IMG/VR virus record: IMGVR_UViG_2675903061_000001
Span: 1 to 64,000 of that record
Origin: a virus
Taxonomy: Duplodnaviria > Caudoviricetes
DNA: 64,000 nucleotides
Reading direction: 5' to 3' (one strand)
Part shown: positions 41,169 through 52,126 of the stretch, in pieces
How positions within the stretch are numbered: the first letter of the stretch is position 1
How the letters are laid out: each line of letters opens with the position of its first letter
Notes under the pieces: model-generated
Database searches by the model: none
Seen by the model: only the letters and a program-made list of their open reading frames with translations
What the model was told of the DNA's origin: nothing
Program-made: the position numbers and the translations under genes

Positions 41169-41233
41169 GGACATTCAGGTGGACATTTCCAATGTCCGGT
41201 CAGATGTCCGGTCACATGGCGTGACCGGACATC
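41169..41233. promoter_or_regulatory. Cluster of GGACAT/ATGTCC inverted repeats
   Basis: GGACATT-tcc-AATGTCC 41181-41197; GATGTCCGGTCAC-atggc-GTGACCGGACATC 41203-41233. Confidence 0.6.
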
Positions 41234-41700
41234 CAGGGGAACCGTAACCGTCCGCGTGATCAGGCCAAGGTCGCACCGGCGGAACATCGACACCATCAGA
41301 ACATGGGAATTCTCGTGAAAGTCCAGTTCAACTAGACAAGGCAACCTCCCCACCTGCGCGGACAACCCCCGGATGTCTCCTGAAAAGTGACTTTGGGGGT
41401 GCGTGACGATGGCCGAATCGCAACGCATACCAGCCTAGGCGCCGACCGTCATCCACAGGCTGGAATCGGAAGGGTCTCACGCAGCCCTCTGGCCAGCCGA
41501 TTTGACACATCCGTTAGGCTTCTGGCGCCCCTCCGTATTGCCAGAAAGCTCGCCTCGACCCGCCAGTACAGGCCGGATCTCGTCGTGGCCCCGCCGAATC
41601 GGCAGTGCAGGCTCGTCCGCTGCTTCGGGCATGGGTATCCCTCCTTGGAGCTACGCCAAGCTTCCGGAAGTCACCTGCTCCGCGTAGCATCGAGTGTGGC

Positions 41701-41718
41701 CACTTCTTCGGAGAAGTG
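41701..41718. promoter_or_regulatory. GntR/Kor operator upstream of regulator
   Basis: CACTTCT-tcgg-AGAAGTG; identical 16-mer recurs at 42634. Confidence 0.75.
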
Positions 41719-41789
41719 CAAGGGATTCGCAGAAGTCGCACCCCAGCGAGGAGGCCGATAGCATCTCCGGAGAACCAAGGGAGGACGTT

Positions 41790-42539
41790 TTGGCAGGTGA
41801 TCAGCGGCGCAAGGCGCTCCGGCACGAGGCGATCGCTGCGGATCTGAGCAGCCGCATCGCGAGCGGCGGCCTCCGCCCCGGGCAGAAGCTGCCCAGCGAG
41901 AAGCACCTCATGGAGCACTACGACGTCTCCCGGACCACCCTCCGCCAGGCCCTGGACAATCTCCGGGCAACTGGGCTCATCGAGAGCCGACAGGGGGCCG
42001 GCATCACGGTCCGGGCCTTCCGGCCCATCAGGCGCTCGGCCGCACAGCGTCTGTCCCAGGAGGTCTGGGGAGAAGGCAAGTCCATCTGGGATGCCGAACT
42101 GGAGGATCGGCCGTGGCGGGTGGATGTCGAGGTGGACGAGGTGGTCCCGCCTCCTCGCGTTGCGCGGATCTTCGAGTCCGATGGGCCCGTCTGCCGCCGC
42201 AGCCGCCACTTCTACGTCGAGGACAAGCCCGTTCAGCACGCCGTCTCCTACCTGCCGGCCAGTCTCGTGGCGGGGACGCAGATCACCCAGCGGGATACCG
42301 GGCCTGGGGGCGTGTATGCCCGGCTCGCCGAGATCGGCCGCCGTCCCACCCGCTTCCGTGAAGAGGTGCGAGCCAGGATGCCGTCGGTCACGGAGACCGC
42401 TGAACTGTCCCTCTCGCCTGGCACGCCCGTATTCGACATCACCCGTATTGCAGCGGACGACGAGGGACGCCCCGTCGAAGTCAACGAGATGCTCTTGGAC
42501 GGCGGAAGCTACATCCTGGACTACGTCTTCTCCGCCTGA
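41790..42539 (+). CDS. GntR/UTRA transcriptional repressor (KorSA/TraR-like)
   Basis: KLPSEKHLMEHYDVSRTTLRQAL, GLIESRQGAG, UTRA tail; TTG start after GGAGG. Confidence 0.9.
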   Translation: MAGDQRRKALRHEAIAADLSSRIASGGLRPGQKLPSEKHLMEHYDVSRTTLRQALDNLRATGLIESRQGAGITVRAFRPIRRSAAQRLSQEVWGEGKSIWDAELEDRPWRVDVEVDEVVPPPRVARIFESDGPVCRRSRHFYVEDKPVQHAVSYLPASLVAGTQITQRDTGPGGVYARLAEIGRRPTRFREEVRARMPSVTETAELSLSPGTPVFDITRIAADDEGRPVEVNEMLLDGGSYILDYVFSA

Positions 42540-42557
42540 ACCGCAGCACCCCCCTGT

Positions 42558-42586
42558 GGCCCCCGGTCTCCTGACCGGGGGCTTTG
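42558..42586 (+). terminator. Rho-independent terminator
   Basis: GCCCCCGGTC tcct GACCGGGGGC TTT. Confidence 0.75.
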
Positions 42587-42633
42587 TCGTTTCAGCTCAT
42601 GCGGTCCGAGTAAGAGCGGCTACAGCGAACTGG

Positions 42634-42691
42634 ACTTCTTCGGAGAAGTAGGCTTCACTGGCAATGCGCAGGGGAACTCCTCCGAAGGAGT
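42634..42691. promoter_or_regulatory. Two GntR/Kor operators upstream of transfer operon
   Basis: ACTTCTTCGGAGAAGT 42634-42649; ACTCCTCCGAAGGAGT 42676-42691. Confidence 0.75.
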
Positions 42692-42726
42692 GCGCCCCGC
42701 CATGCCACGCCCAGACAGGAGCCACC

Positions 42727-42939
42727 GTGTCCAGCTCGAAACCCACAGCTCCGGAGAGGATGCTCCGCGCCCGGGAGGTCGCCGAACAGCTCCGGGTGCA
42801 CGTGTCCACCGTCTACCGGCTGACCGAGTCGGGACGTCTCCGCGCGCACCAGATCGGCGAGGGTGCACGGCGCCGACGTGGTCTGCGCATCCCCGAGTCG
42901 GCCGTGGCGGACTTCCTCGACGACTCACGCGTCGCCTGA
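42727..42939 (+). CDS. HTH_17/excisionase-like DNA-binding protein
   Basis: MLRAREVAEQLRVHVSTVYRLTESGRL. Confidence 0.8.
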   Translation: MSSSKPTAPERMLRAREVAEQLRVHVSTVYRLTESGRLRAHQIGEGARRRRGLRIPESAVADFLDDSRVA

Positions 42940-43020
42940 ACAGAAAAGCCCTGGCCGGAGATAGCAGCTCCGGCCAGGGCCAGTGACCTGCCTCACCTCG
43001 GAGAAGACAAGGAGATCACT

Positions 43021-44933
43021 GTGCAGCGTACCGCCGCACCCACCCCGCAGGGCACCCCCACGCCCATCCCCGAGCCCCTCGCCCAGCGCATCCTCAACCG
43101 CATCGGCACCAGCACCAGCACCACCGCCCGCGCCCTCATCACCGGCATCGTCCGCATCGAAGCCCGCCGCTGGTGGCGCGACAACGCCACCGTGCCGCAC
43201 ATGCCCCCGCCCGAGGGAGGCGGCTACTGGGACGACCACGACCGCAGGCTCGACCAGCGCATCGCCGTCGCCCAGGCCGAGCAGGCCGCCGAGGCCGCCG
43301 TCCAGCCCCTCGTCGACCACCTCCACGCCACCCTCCCCGTTATCAACACCCGCGCCCAGTACCACACCGCCGTCCTCGACACCCTCACCACCCCGGCGGT
43401 GGCCGCATGAGCACCCAGCCCGTGACCCCGGAGCCCGAGCTCCCCGTTCCGCACGCGGCTTCCCCGTCCGGTATCCGCCGCCGCATCGCCACCCCGCCCC
43501 CCGGGGCCCTCGCCGAACAGCGGCACCTCCTCGACGAGCACGACACCGCGTTCGCCTCCCTCGCCCCCGGCCACCCCAACGGAGGCACCCGATGAGCGCT
43601 CTGTTCTGCGGCGACACCGCCGCCACCGACCTCGGCCGCCGACGCCGCGCCGCAGTCACGATCGCCGACCTCGCCGACGACCAAGCCGCCCACGAGCGCG
43701 CAACAATCCTCCACGCCTGGCTCGCCGCCCAGGGCAACCCGGCCGCCGAAATCCGCGCCATGGCCGCCGCCACCCAGTACGACGCCCAGCACCCCGACGA
43801 CGACTCCCTCGCCGAGGAACTCGCCGCCACCACCGCCGGAGACGACGCGACGGAGGCGGCAGCATGAAGAACCTGTTCCGCCGCACCACCCCCGCGCCGG
43901 CCACCGAGCCCTGGCCCAACGGCGTCATCGCCCGCTACCTCACCCTCGCCAGCGCGACCGTGGACATCCACGACAACGAGACGGCGGCCTGCACCGGCTG
44001 CGGCAACGACCTCACCCTCGGCGCAGAAAGCGCACTCCGCGCCTGGGCCCAGACCCACGCCGAGAAATGCCGCGCCCTGCCCCGATGGGAGGTGGCCCCG
44101 TGATCGGCCGCCGCCGCACGCCGGAGCCGTGTGAGGCACTCGCCGCCGAAGAGCAGGCCCGAGGCGACAACACCGCCGCGTTCCTCGCCTCCATCACCGG
44201 CAACCCCGGCTACAGCCCCACCACCCTCGACGCCTACCGGGCCAGCATCCAGGACGCCTTCGGCAACGCCGCCGCCGCGACCGCCCAGCCTGCCGACGTG
44301 CCGCGCAAGAAGCGGTGGGGCCAGTGACCTTCGAATGCCCCGCGTGCGGGACCCGCACCGCGCACCCCGTCACCTGCGGCGGATGCGGCGCACCCCGCCC
44401 CCACTAGCCACCCCTCCCACCGCCGCCCGCCGGGCCCCACACCCACACCCGGCGGGCGGCCACCCCACCGCCCAGGAGACCGCCGTGCCCACCCACAAGA
44501 TCAACGAATCCGCCGCCGGATACCACGCCGGCACCACCGTCTCCGTCCGCCCCCTGCGCACCCTGCCAGGCGGCCTGACCGAGGTCCAGGTCGAGGACTG
44601 CGGCACCGCCCTGCGGCAGGGCCAGACCCTCACCGTCCCCACCACCGAGATCCGCCCCTGGTGGTGGCGGCCGTGATCCCCACCGCAGAGCACCGCGCCG
44701 GCCAGGCGCTGCTGGACCGGCTCCACACCGCGCCCCTGTGGCGCCTGCTCCTCGCGGTCCCCGTCCTGCTGGTCCTGATCGCTCTCGCCTCCGCCGCTCT
44801 CGCCGTCGCCGTGTTCGGGCTCGTCGGCTGGCGGCTGCTGCTCTACGCCACGACCGAAACCACCCCCGCCACCGAACCGGCCGCCCGGGGGGCCCACACC
44901 CGCTACCGCACTGAGGAGGTGCCCGCCACATGA
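43021..44933 (+). CDS. Small genes of transfer operon (43021-43410, 43407-43595, 43592-43867, 43864-44103, 44100-44327, 44485-44676, 44673-44933)
   Basis: Coupled ORFs of the type seen in Streptomyces plasmids; last one has TM helices. Confidence 0.6.
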
Positions 44934-46237
44934 CCACCATCACCGCCGCCAACGGCACCGCTCCCGCCCCCGCCTCCGAGCACCCGGCCCCCGGCACCGA
45001 GCCGTCCGAGGCCGAACTCGCCTCCTACACTCTCGCCGCCGCCCGGGCTGAGGCGATCCGACGCGAGGCCGAAGCCGCCGCCGAGGCCCAGCGGATCCGC
45101 GCGGAGGGAGAGGCCGAAGCCGCCCGCATCAAGGCTGCCGAGGAAGCCGAGCGGCAGCGCCTCGCGAACGAGCGCGCCGCGATGCGCCTGGAGAAGGAAC
45201 GAGCCGACCACGAAGCCCGCATGGCGGAGGCCCGCGCCCGCAAGGCCGCAGCCGAAGCCGCCGCCGCCGAGCAGCGGCAGGCCGCCGAGAAGCAGGCCGC
45301 CGCCGAAGCCGCCGCCGCACAGAAGACCGAGAAGGCCGCCACCCGCTGGCGCCGCACCGCGATGGGCTTCTACGCCCTGTGCGCCGCCGTGGCACTGCCC
45401 GTGCAGATGGCCGCCTTCTACGACCCCTACCGCATGTACCTGCTGCTGGCCCCCGTGCTGATCGAGGTGAGCGCGCTCGTCGTCCTCATCGGCGCCGCCG
45501 CCGCGGTCACCGACCGGCGCCCGCACTGGCACTACCGGCTCATCGCCTGGGGCTGCGCCTTCGTCGCCGCCGGCATCAACTTCACCCACGGGCTGGAGGC
45601 GTTCGACACGGCGACCGCCGTCGGCACCGCGATCGCGTCGATCGCCGGGCCCGGCATCTGGGACCTGCATGAGCACGGCCGGATCCGGGCGCGGGACGGC
45701 AAGCTGTCCTGGACTCAGCGCCGCGCCGCCCGCACCGCGGCCAAGGCCGAGGCGAAGCGCCGCGCGGAGGAGAGCGCCCGCGCCGAGGCCGAGAAGCAGG
45801 CCGCCGAGGAGGCCGCCCGCGCCCGCGCCACCGAGCTCGCCGCGCAGCGGCAGGAGTCGTACCCCGAGGAGTGGAAGCGCGCCCTGGAGCTGGCCGCCGC
45901 CCTCGGCGAAACCGACGTCACCGACACCGTGTGGGCCCGCGCCTGGGACGACCTGCACGCCCTGCCGCCCGGGCAGACCGTGGACTCCATCCGGGGCCGG
46001 AACCAAGCCGCGCGCCGTGTCATCGCCGCCAAGTCCGAGGCCCCCGGAGAGACCCCGCGCAAGATCACGTCGGGGCAGGTCGCCACCCAAATGCCCACCC
46101 CCCGAACACGCGCACGCACCGGCCCCAAGCCCACCCCGCCCGTGCGGCGCCGCGGCGACACCCCCCGCTACTCCACCGGAGCCCGCCGCGCCGCCTCCAT
46201 CACCGCCAAGCAGGCCACCCAGAAGGAAGACAAGTGA
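44930..46237 (+). CDS. Spd-like coiled-coil membrane protein (DUF2637-like)
   Basis: Ala/Glu/Arg coiled coil, four TM segments, second coil, basic tail. Confidence 0.75.
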   Translation: MTTITAANGTAPAPASEHPAPGTEPSEAELASYTLAAARAEAIRREAEAAAEAQRIRAEGEAEAARIKAAEEAERQRLANERAAMRLEKERADHEARMAEARARKAAAEAAAAEQRQAAEKQAAAEAAAAQKTEKAATRWRRTAMGFYALCAAVALPVQMAAFYDPYRMYLLLAPVLIEVSALVVLIGAAAAVTDRRPHWHYRLIAWGCAFVAAGINFTHGLEAFDTATAVGTAIASIAGPGIWDLHEHGRIRARDGKLSWTQRRAARTAAKAEAKRRAEESARAEAEKQAAEEAARARATELAAQRQESYPEEWKRALELAAALGETDVTDTVWARAWDDLHALPPGQTVDSIRGRNQAARRVIAAKSEAPGETPRKITSGQVATQMPTPRTRARTGPKPTPPVRRRGDTPRYSTGARRAASITAKQATQKEDK

Positions 46238-46431
46238 CCGCCCCCGCCGGCCGCCGGCCGACCCTTCCCGTCATCGTCGTCCCCGCCGCCGCCGCGGCCG
46301 CCGGGACCGCCGCCTTCGGGCTCGTACCCGCCCTCGGCCTGCTCGCCGCCCTCGCCGCATCCGCAGCCCTCATCCTCGCCGGACTCGCCATCGCCGCGAT
46401 CCCCGCCGCCGTCGCCCGCTTCCGCCGCTGA
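46234..46431 (+). CDS. Small hydrophobic Spd-like protein
   Basis: Two TM helices directly before traB. Confidence 0.6.
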   Translation: MTAPAGRRPTLPVIVVPAAAAAAGTAAFGLVPALGLLAALAASAALILAGLAIAAIPAAVARFRR

Positions 46432-46446
46432 CCCCGGAGCCACACC

Positions 46447-48564
46447 ATGTCCCAGCCCGCCGAGATGCCCCAGGACGCCGAGGTGTACGACCTCACCACC
46501 CGCCTCCCGCACCCCACCGCCGGGACCGCGCCGGTCATCAAGGAGCCCGCCCCGCCCGCCCGCCGCGACATCCCCGCGGCACTGCGGGGAGCCGCCTACA
46601 CCACCGCCGTCGGCACCGGCCACGCCCTCGGCACCGCCTGGGACTACCTCCGCGCCCGCGACGCCTCCTACGCCATCCACCTCGCCCACCAGGCCCTCGA
46701 AGACCTCCGCCGCCAGATCAACGCGGGCCAGATGGAGCCGGACGAAGGCCGCGCAGCAGTGCAGGAGCGCCGCACCGAGCTGGAACGCCTCCGCGCCGAA
46801 CGCAAAGCCCTGCGCCGCGAACGCCTCCGCGAACCCGGCACCGTCACCTGCCTGTCCAGCGCCGCCTTCTACATCGGCCTGGCCGCCGGCGCGGTCGACG
46901 CGTTCGGCGCCCTCACCCTCGCCCCCTGGCTCACCATCCCGGCCCTCGCCGCCTGGCTCGCCGGACGCCGCGCCCTCACCCGCCGCAACACCCTCCCGCG
47001 GGTCGTGCCCGGCCAAGTCGTCAACACCCGCGACGAACCGCAGCACACCGCGATCGACGGGGACACCACCCGTACCGACGCAGACACAACGGCCTCTGAC
47101 GACGCCCGTATCGTCGCCGCCCTCCGCGACATCAAACTCATCACCGACGCCCAGAGCATCCGGCCGATCGGCATCCCCCACCAGGACGAGCACGGCAACA
47201 CCATCACCGAGTTCACCCTCCCGCCCGGCATCGTGTGCGAAACCCTCCAGCGCAAGGCCAAGCCCTTCGCCGGCGCCCTCGGCCTGTCCGCCGACCGCAT
47301 CGACATCGCCCAAGGCGACGCCGAAGGCGACGTCCGGCTGTGGATCGCCACCCGGCCCCCCTTCTCCGGACCCGCCCCAGCCTCCCCCCTCACCACGGCC
47401 GACCGCTGGTCCGTATGGAACGGCGTCCCCTTCGCCACCACCCGCAAGGGCGAGCGCAAGACCCTCCAGCTCCTGTGGTCGTCGATGCTGTTCGGCGGCG
47501 CCCAGGGCTACGGCAAGACCACCGCCATGCGCCTGCCCGCCGCCGCAGGCGTCCTCGACCCCCACTGCCGCCCCCTGCTCGCCGACTTCAAGGGCGGCGC
47601 CGACTGGGAGGAGATGGAGCAGGTCGCCCACACCGCGATCATCGGCGCCGACCCCGACGCCATCGACGCCTTCATCGCCCTCATCGACGACCTCATCGAC
47701 GAGATGGACCGCCGCTTCGCCGCGATCCGCGCCATGCCCAAGGCCAAGCGGCCCGACATGCGCATCACACCCGCCATGGCCCGCGAACACAACATGCCGA
47801 CCATGCTGCTCCTCATCGACGAACTCCAGGAAGCCTTCGGCGCGATCGCCGCCCGGGGCGCCGACAAGGAGACCGGCACCCCGCCCGGGAAGAAGCAGCT
47901 GGAGCTGCTGGTGGAGAAACTTGCCCGGCTCATCCGCCGCGGCCGGGCCTGCGGCCTCATCGTCATCGCCTCCGGGCAGCGGCCCGACGCCGACAGCGTG
48001 CCCACCGCCTTCCGCGACGTCATCCTCACCCGCTACAGCGTGCACACCGTCGACGACACCAGCTCCGACATGATCCTCGGCTCCGGAGCGGCCCGGCAGG
48101 GCGTATCAGCCGCCGGGATCGGCCGGATCGGGGTCGGCGCCCTCATGGAGCCCTCCGGCGGTGAACTCGTCCAGCCCGACCTGATCACCCCGCAGCAGTT
48201 CGAGGCCATCTGCGCCCGCGGCCGGGAACTGCGGGCCGAGGCAGGCACCCTGACCGGCCACGCCGCCGGGCAGACCGGCGACCGGCCGGCCGGACTGCTG
48301 GGCCTGCTGCTGGCCGTGTTCGCCGCTGCCGGAGATCCGGAGTACCTGCGCACTCCCGACCTGCTGGCCGGGCTCACCGCCCGGGAGCCGGAGCCGTGGG
48401 CGGCCGTGGCCGCCGGGGACCCGCGGGCGGCTGGCCGGGAGCTGCGCGAGGCCCTCACCGCCGCCCTCCCGCCAGGCCGGACGCTGGCGCCGGTCGAGCG
48501 TTCCTGGGGCCGCGGCTACCTCCTCACCGACGTCCGCGCCGCCGCCGGGATTGCCACGAAATGA
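46447..48564 (+). CDS. traB: TraB-like FtsK/SpoIIIE conjugative DNA translocase
   Basis: TM segment, Walker A GGAQGYGKT, DFKGG, Walker B LLIDELQE, RRGRACG..SGQRP, C-terminal wHTH ending GRGY. Confidence 0.9.
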   Translation: MSQPAEMPQDAEVYDLTTRLPHPTAGTAPVIKEPAPPARRDIPAALRGAAYTTAVGTGHALGTAWDYLRARDASYAIHLAHQALEDLRRQINAGQMEPDEGRAAVQERRTELERLRAERKALRRERLREPGTVTCLSSAAFYIGLAAGAVDAFGALTLAPWLTIPALAAWLAGRRALTRRNTLPRVVPGQVVNTRDEPQHTAIDGDTTRTDADTTASDDARIVAALRDIKLITDAQSIRPIGIPHQDEHGNTITEFTLPPGIVCETLQRKAKPFAGALGLSADRIDIAQGDAEGDVRLWIATRPPFSGPAPASPLTTADRWSVWNGVPFATTRKGERKTLQLLWSSMLFGGAQGYGKTTAMRLPAAAGVLDPHCRPLLADFKGGADWEEMEQVAHTAIIGADPDAIDAFIALIDDLIDEMDRRFAAIRAMPKAKRPDMRITPAMAREHNMPTMLLLIDELQEAFGAIAARGADKETGTPPGKKQLELLVEKLARLIRRGRACGLIVIASGQRPDADSVPTAFRDVILTRYSVHTVDDTSSDMILGSGAARQGVSAAGIGRIGVGALMEPSGGELVQPDLITPQQFEAICARGRELRAEAGTLTGHAAGQTGDRPAGLLGLLLAVFAAAGDPEYLRTPDLLAGLTAREPEPWAAVAAGDPRAAGRELREALTAALPPGRTLAPVERSWGRGYLLTDVRAAAGIATK

Positions 48565-48566
48565 TC

Positions 48567-48710
48567 CACGCGACGGGCACGCGACACCACGCGACGGTGC
48601 AGGTCAGCGACGCGACACCCCACGCGACACCCGGCGCGCCGACGCGACGCCATCGCATGACCAGAGCCCTGCATCGCATGCCCATCGCGTCCCTGACCAG
48701 CAGCGTCGCA
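48567..48710 (+). repeat. clt-like array of 8-bp direct repeats
   Basis: (C/G)ACGCGAC at 48567, 48578, 48588, 48609, 48621, 48641; inverted TCGC variants 48651-48710. Confidence 0.8.
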
Positions 48711-48764
48711 TCCCGCGCCGCCGCCCATCCCATGCCCAAACCCGTACAAACCGGAGGCCCGCCG

Positions 48765-49289
48765 ATGAGCCAGCCCACGCCCTACGAGACCCCCGCCTAC
48801 ACCATCACCACCGCCCCCGACACCCCCGGCACAGCCCTGACACCCGCCTCCGGCCACGCCCCGGCCCTGGCGCCCGGCACCCAGGTCGTCACCCTCCCCA
48901 CCGGCGAACACGCCCTCGCCCACCTCCACCCCGGGCCACCCGAACCCGCCCCGCCCCAGGCCGCCCAGCCCATCCCCGCCTGGGCCAAGGGCACCGCCCT
49001 CGTCACCGGCGCCGCAGGAGCCGGCATCGGAGCCGCATCCGCCGGCCTCTCCCTCCTCGTGCCCACCCTCACCAGCGCGGCCCCCGCCCTGGCGGCCCCC
49101 GCCCTGGCGGCTGCCGGCCTCGGTGTCGCCGCGGCCGGAGCCGGGATCGCCGCCGCAGCCCGAGCACTCCGCGCCCCCACCACCCCGACTGCTGACACCG
49201 GCCCCGACATCGCCGTCGCCACCGCCCACGGACGCGGCCCCCTCGGCCGCCGCATCACCGCAACCGCAACCGCCACCATCCGAAAGTAG
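48765..49289 (+). CDS. SpdD-like membrane protein
   Basis: Pro-rich N-terminus then Gly/Ala TM hairpin, downstream of traB. Confidence 0.6.
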   Translation: MSQPTPYETPAYTITTAPDTPGTALTPASGHAPALAPGTQVVTLPTGEHALAHLHPGPPEPAPPQAAQPIPAWAKGTALVTGAAGAGIGAASAGLSLLVPTLTSAAPALAAPALAAAGLGVAAAGAGIAAAARALRAPTTPTADTGPDIAVATAHGRGPLGRRITATATATIRK

Positions 49290-49299
49290 GAGAACCGCC

Positions 49300-52126
49300 A
49301 TGCCCACCGACTACCTGGCCCAGTACCGGCAGGCCATCACCGACGGCAACCACGACTTCGCCCGCACCATCCTCACCACAGCCGTCAGCGCCGCCCAGGC
49401 CGGAGCCATCGGCCCCCACCAGATCCGGGCCCTGGTCGAAGAAGCCAAGGCCAACCCCCCGAAGTGACCCCAGAGAGGAAACCAACCGCCATGGGATGGA
49501 CCATCCCGCATATCGCCGGACGCACCAACCTCCGCCCCTACTCCTTCGTCGCCGACTCCCTGGACATCTTCCAGAAGTCGGCCCGCACCGACAGCGAGCG
49601 CGAAGCCCTGCGCGTACTGCGGGCCCCCATGACCCCGGGCCACCCCGACTTCAGCAACGGCTACCACCAGTACGACCCCGGCCAGGCCGCGCAAATCCGT
49701 GACGGACTCCGTAGCCTCCGCCTCGGGCTGTTCACCAGCAAGGACGTCAAGACCTTCCGGGACCAGCTCGCCGACGCCGCCGACAAGGCCGCCAAGTCGG
49801 GCCGCCCGTGGGAATGGGACTGACCGTGCTGTTCCGCGACCCCGACCGCCGCGCCGCCCGCCGCTTCGCCAAGACGGCGAAGATCGGCACCACCTACTAC
49901 TACGCCGCCACCGTCCACCTCTACCCGCCCTTCGGGGACATGCGGCTCCTCGACACCATCGTCTTCGACCGCCGGCACATCCTCGACGGCACCCCCTCCC
50001 GGGGCGCCTTCTCCGCCGAGAGCTACTGGCTCACCTGCGGCCCGCTCTACGCCAACCGCAACGACCCCGCCATCCGCAACCTCAAGACCATCAAGGAGTG
50101 GGAAGCCGAAGCCGCCGCCCGCTCCGACGCCTACGCCCGCTCCGGAGCGCTCGACCGCGACCTCGCCAAACAACTCGCCGCCTACCGCACCAACCGCGAC
50201 AAAGCCCTCGCCACCGCCGCCCACTGACCAGACGCCCAACCCCCGGCCCGCACCACACGGTGCGGGCCACCCGCACTGCGGAACAATGAGCACATGGAAC
50301 CCCGCCTCTACGCCGCCGCCCGGACCGGCACGACGCCCGAGGAGATCACCCGGGCCGTCTGCCGAGAGCTGGCCGACTACCTGGACGAGGAGCACGCCCT
50401 GTATGCGGCCACGCTCACCTCCAGCCGCAACGGCGCCCGCGATCCCGGCCCGGGTGACCACGCACACCTCGGCGCCATCACCCAGGCTGCGGAACTGATG
50501 CGCCGCGTCGGAGACGAGAGGATGCCGTCATGAACCAGACCCCGCCACCCGACAACGCCGCCGCCATGGCAATGACCGCCTACACCCTCGGCCGCGCCCT
50601 CTACACCGCAGCCCTCCGCGGCGGCGTCTCGGAGACAGTCCGGGACCGGATGATGAAGCCACGCCCCGGGGACCTGGTCATCGAGGTCACCGCCTTCCAC
50701 ACCCAGCTCGACCCGGACGGCATCGGCCGACTGGTGAGTATCCAGGGAACGCCCGAGATGCCGGAGCGGTACGTCGTCGAACCGCTGCACCGGCCAGGCA
50801 CCCAGCAGGGGTGGCGGAACGCGACGTTCGCGGCGGTGCCGGACCAGCCGAGTGCGGAACGGTGGGCCGAAGGAGGGGAGCCGTCATGAACCTCGACGAG
50901 ATCATCCGCCGCACCAACCGAGACGGCCAGCACACCGTGCACGACTACCGGACCCAAACCCTCGGCCACGCCTGCACCGTCAACCGGCGCATCCACGACG
51001 GCCACTACAACGTCACCGGCTTCGGCCCCATCCTCGGCCCACGCCCCAGCATCGGCGACTACGTCATCATGCCAGGCAGCACCGGCGGCCTGTTCTGCGG
51101 CAGGATCGAAACCCTGGACCTGCGCATGAACCCCGACGACATGTGGTTCGCCACCATCAGCAAGCAGCCCGACCCGCCCTGGATGAAGGACCCCGAATGA
51201 CCGACACCCTGATCGAGTTCTTCCATGACCGCGCCCGACCCTGACAAGGACCTGGACGCCTGGATCAGCGAGCACCTCGCCCGGCCCGAGGTCGCCGCCC
51301 GAATGCACGACGAGCTCCTCGCCACCCTCCATGCCGACCGGAACCAGCCCCCCGAACCGCCCCCGGCCACCACGATGCCCATGCCGGAGTTCCCCCGCTT
51401 CGGCGTGGCCCGGTACCGGTGCCCGCGCGGCTGCGGATGGTCGCACGACGAACCCACCGACCCCGGTCCGTCCGCGCTGATCCCCCCGGCCGACCCCCGG
51501 GAACTGGGCGCGATGCTCACGCTGAACGCGGAGGCGCGTAGCCTGGCGTACCAGGCCCGGGTGGAGGCGGCCATCGCCCGGCACTACGCCGAAACACACC
51601 CCGGAGCCAGCCCATGACCGACGATCCGACCGCCGCTCTGATCGCCTTCATCCGCGGCCGCCTCGACGAACGAGAGCAGCGCGCCCAGCGCCAGCGCCGT
51701 GTACGGGACTTCTACCGCGAGCCGTGCCCCCGCTGCGGGCGCCCCGCCGATGGCTTCGGCAGCGCCATCGACGAGGGCGCCGCCGCCCGGATCACCCACC
51801 AGGGCGACCCGCTCGGGTGCGCGCTCACCGCCGAGGAGTGGGCCGCGTTCGGTGACGGCGGACCCACCCCGGAGGCCACCGCGCAACTGCGGGAGACCGA
51901 GGTCGACCGAAGCCTGCTCCAGGAGTACCAGAACCTGCTGAGCGCCCAGCAAGAGAACGCCCGCGAGACCGCAGAACAAGGCGAACACGACACCCTCCGC
52001 GGCGAGGCCGACTACATCGCCGCCGGCCTCCGCGTACTGGAGCGATGGGCGTGGCGCAAGGCCGCCATCTGGGCAGACCACCCTGACTACCAGCCCGCAG
52101 CGGACACCACAATCCCCGAGAGTTGA
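49300..52126 (+). CDS. Run of small hypothetical genes (49300-49467, 49491-49823, 49826-50227, 50294-50533, 50530-50889, 50886-51200, 51225-51617, 51614-52126)
   Basis: Coupled ORFs; last resembles DUF6221 (LIAFIRGRLDE...WADHPDY). Confidence 0.6.

Noticed and set aside
40541-52126. Independent AICE inserted in the prophage
   Set aside because: No integrase, Rep or flanking direct repeats found by eye; treated as a phage-borne module, though a decayed insertion cannot be excluded.
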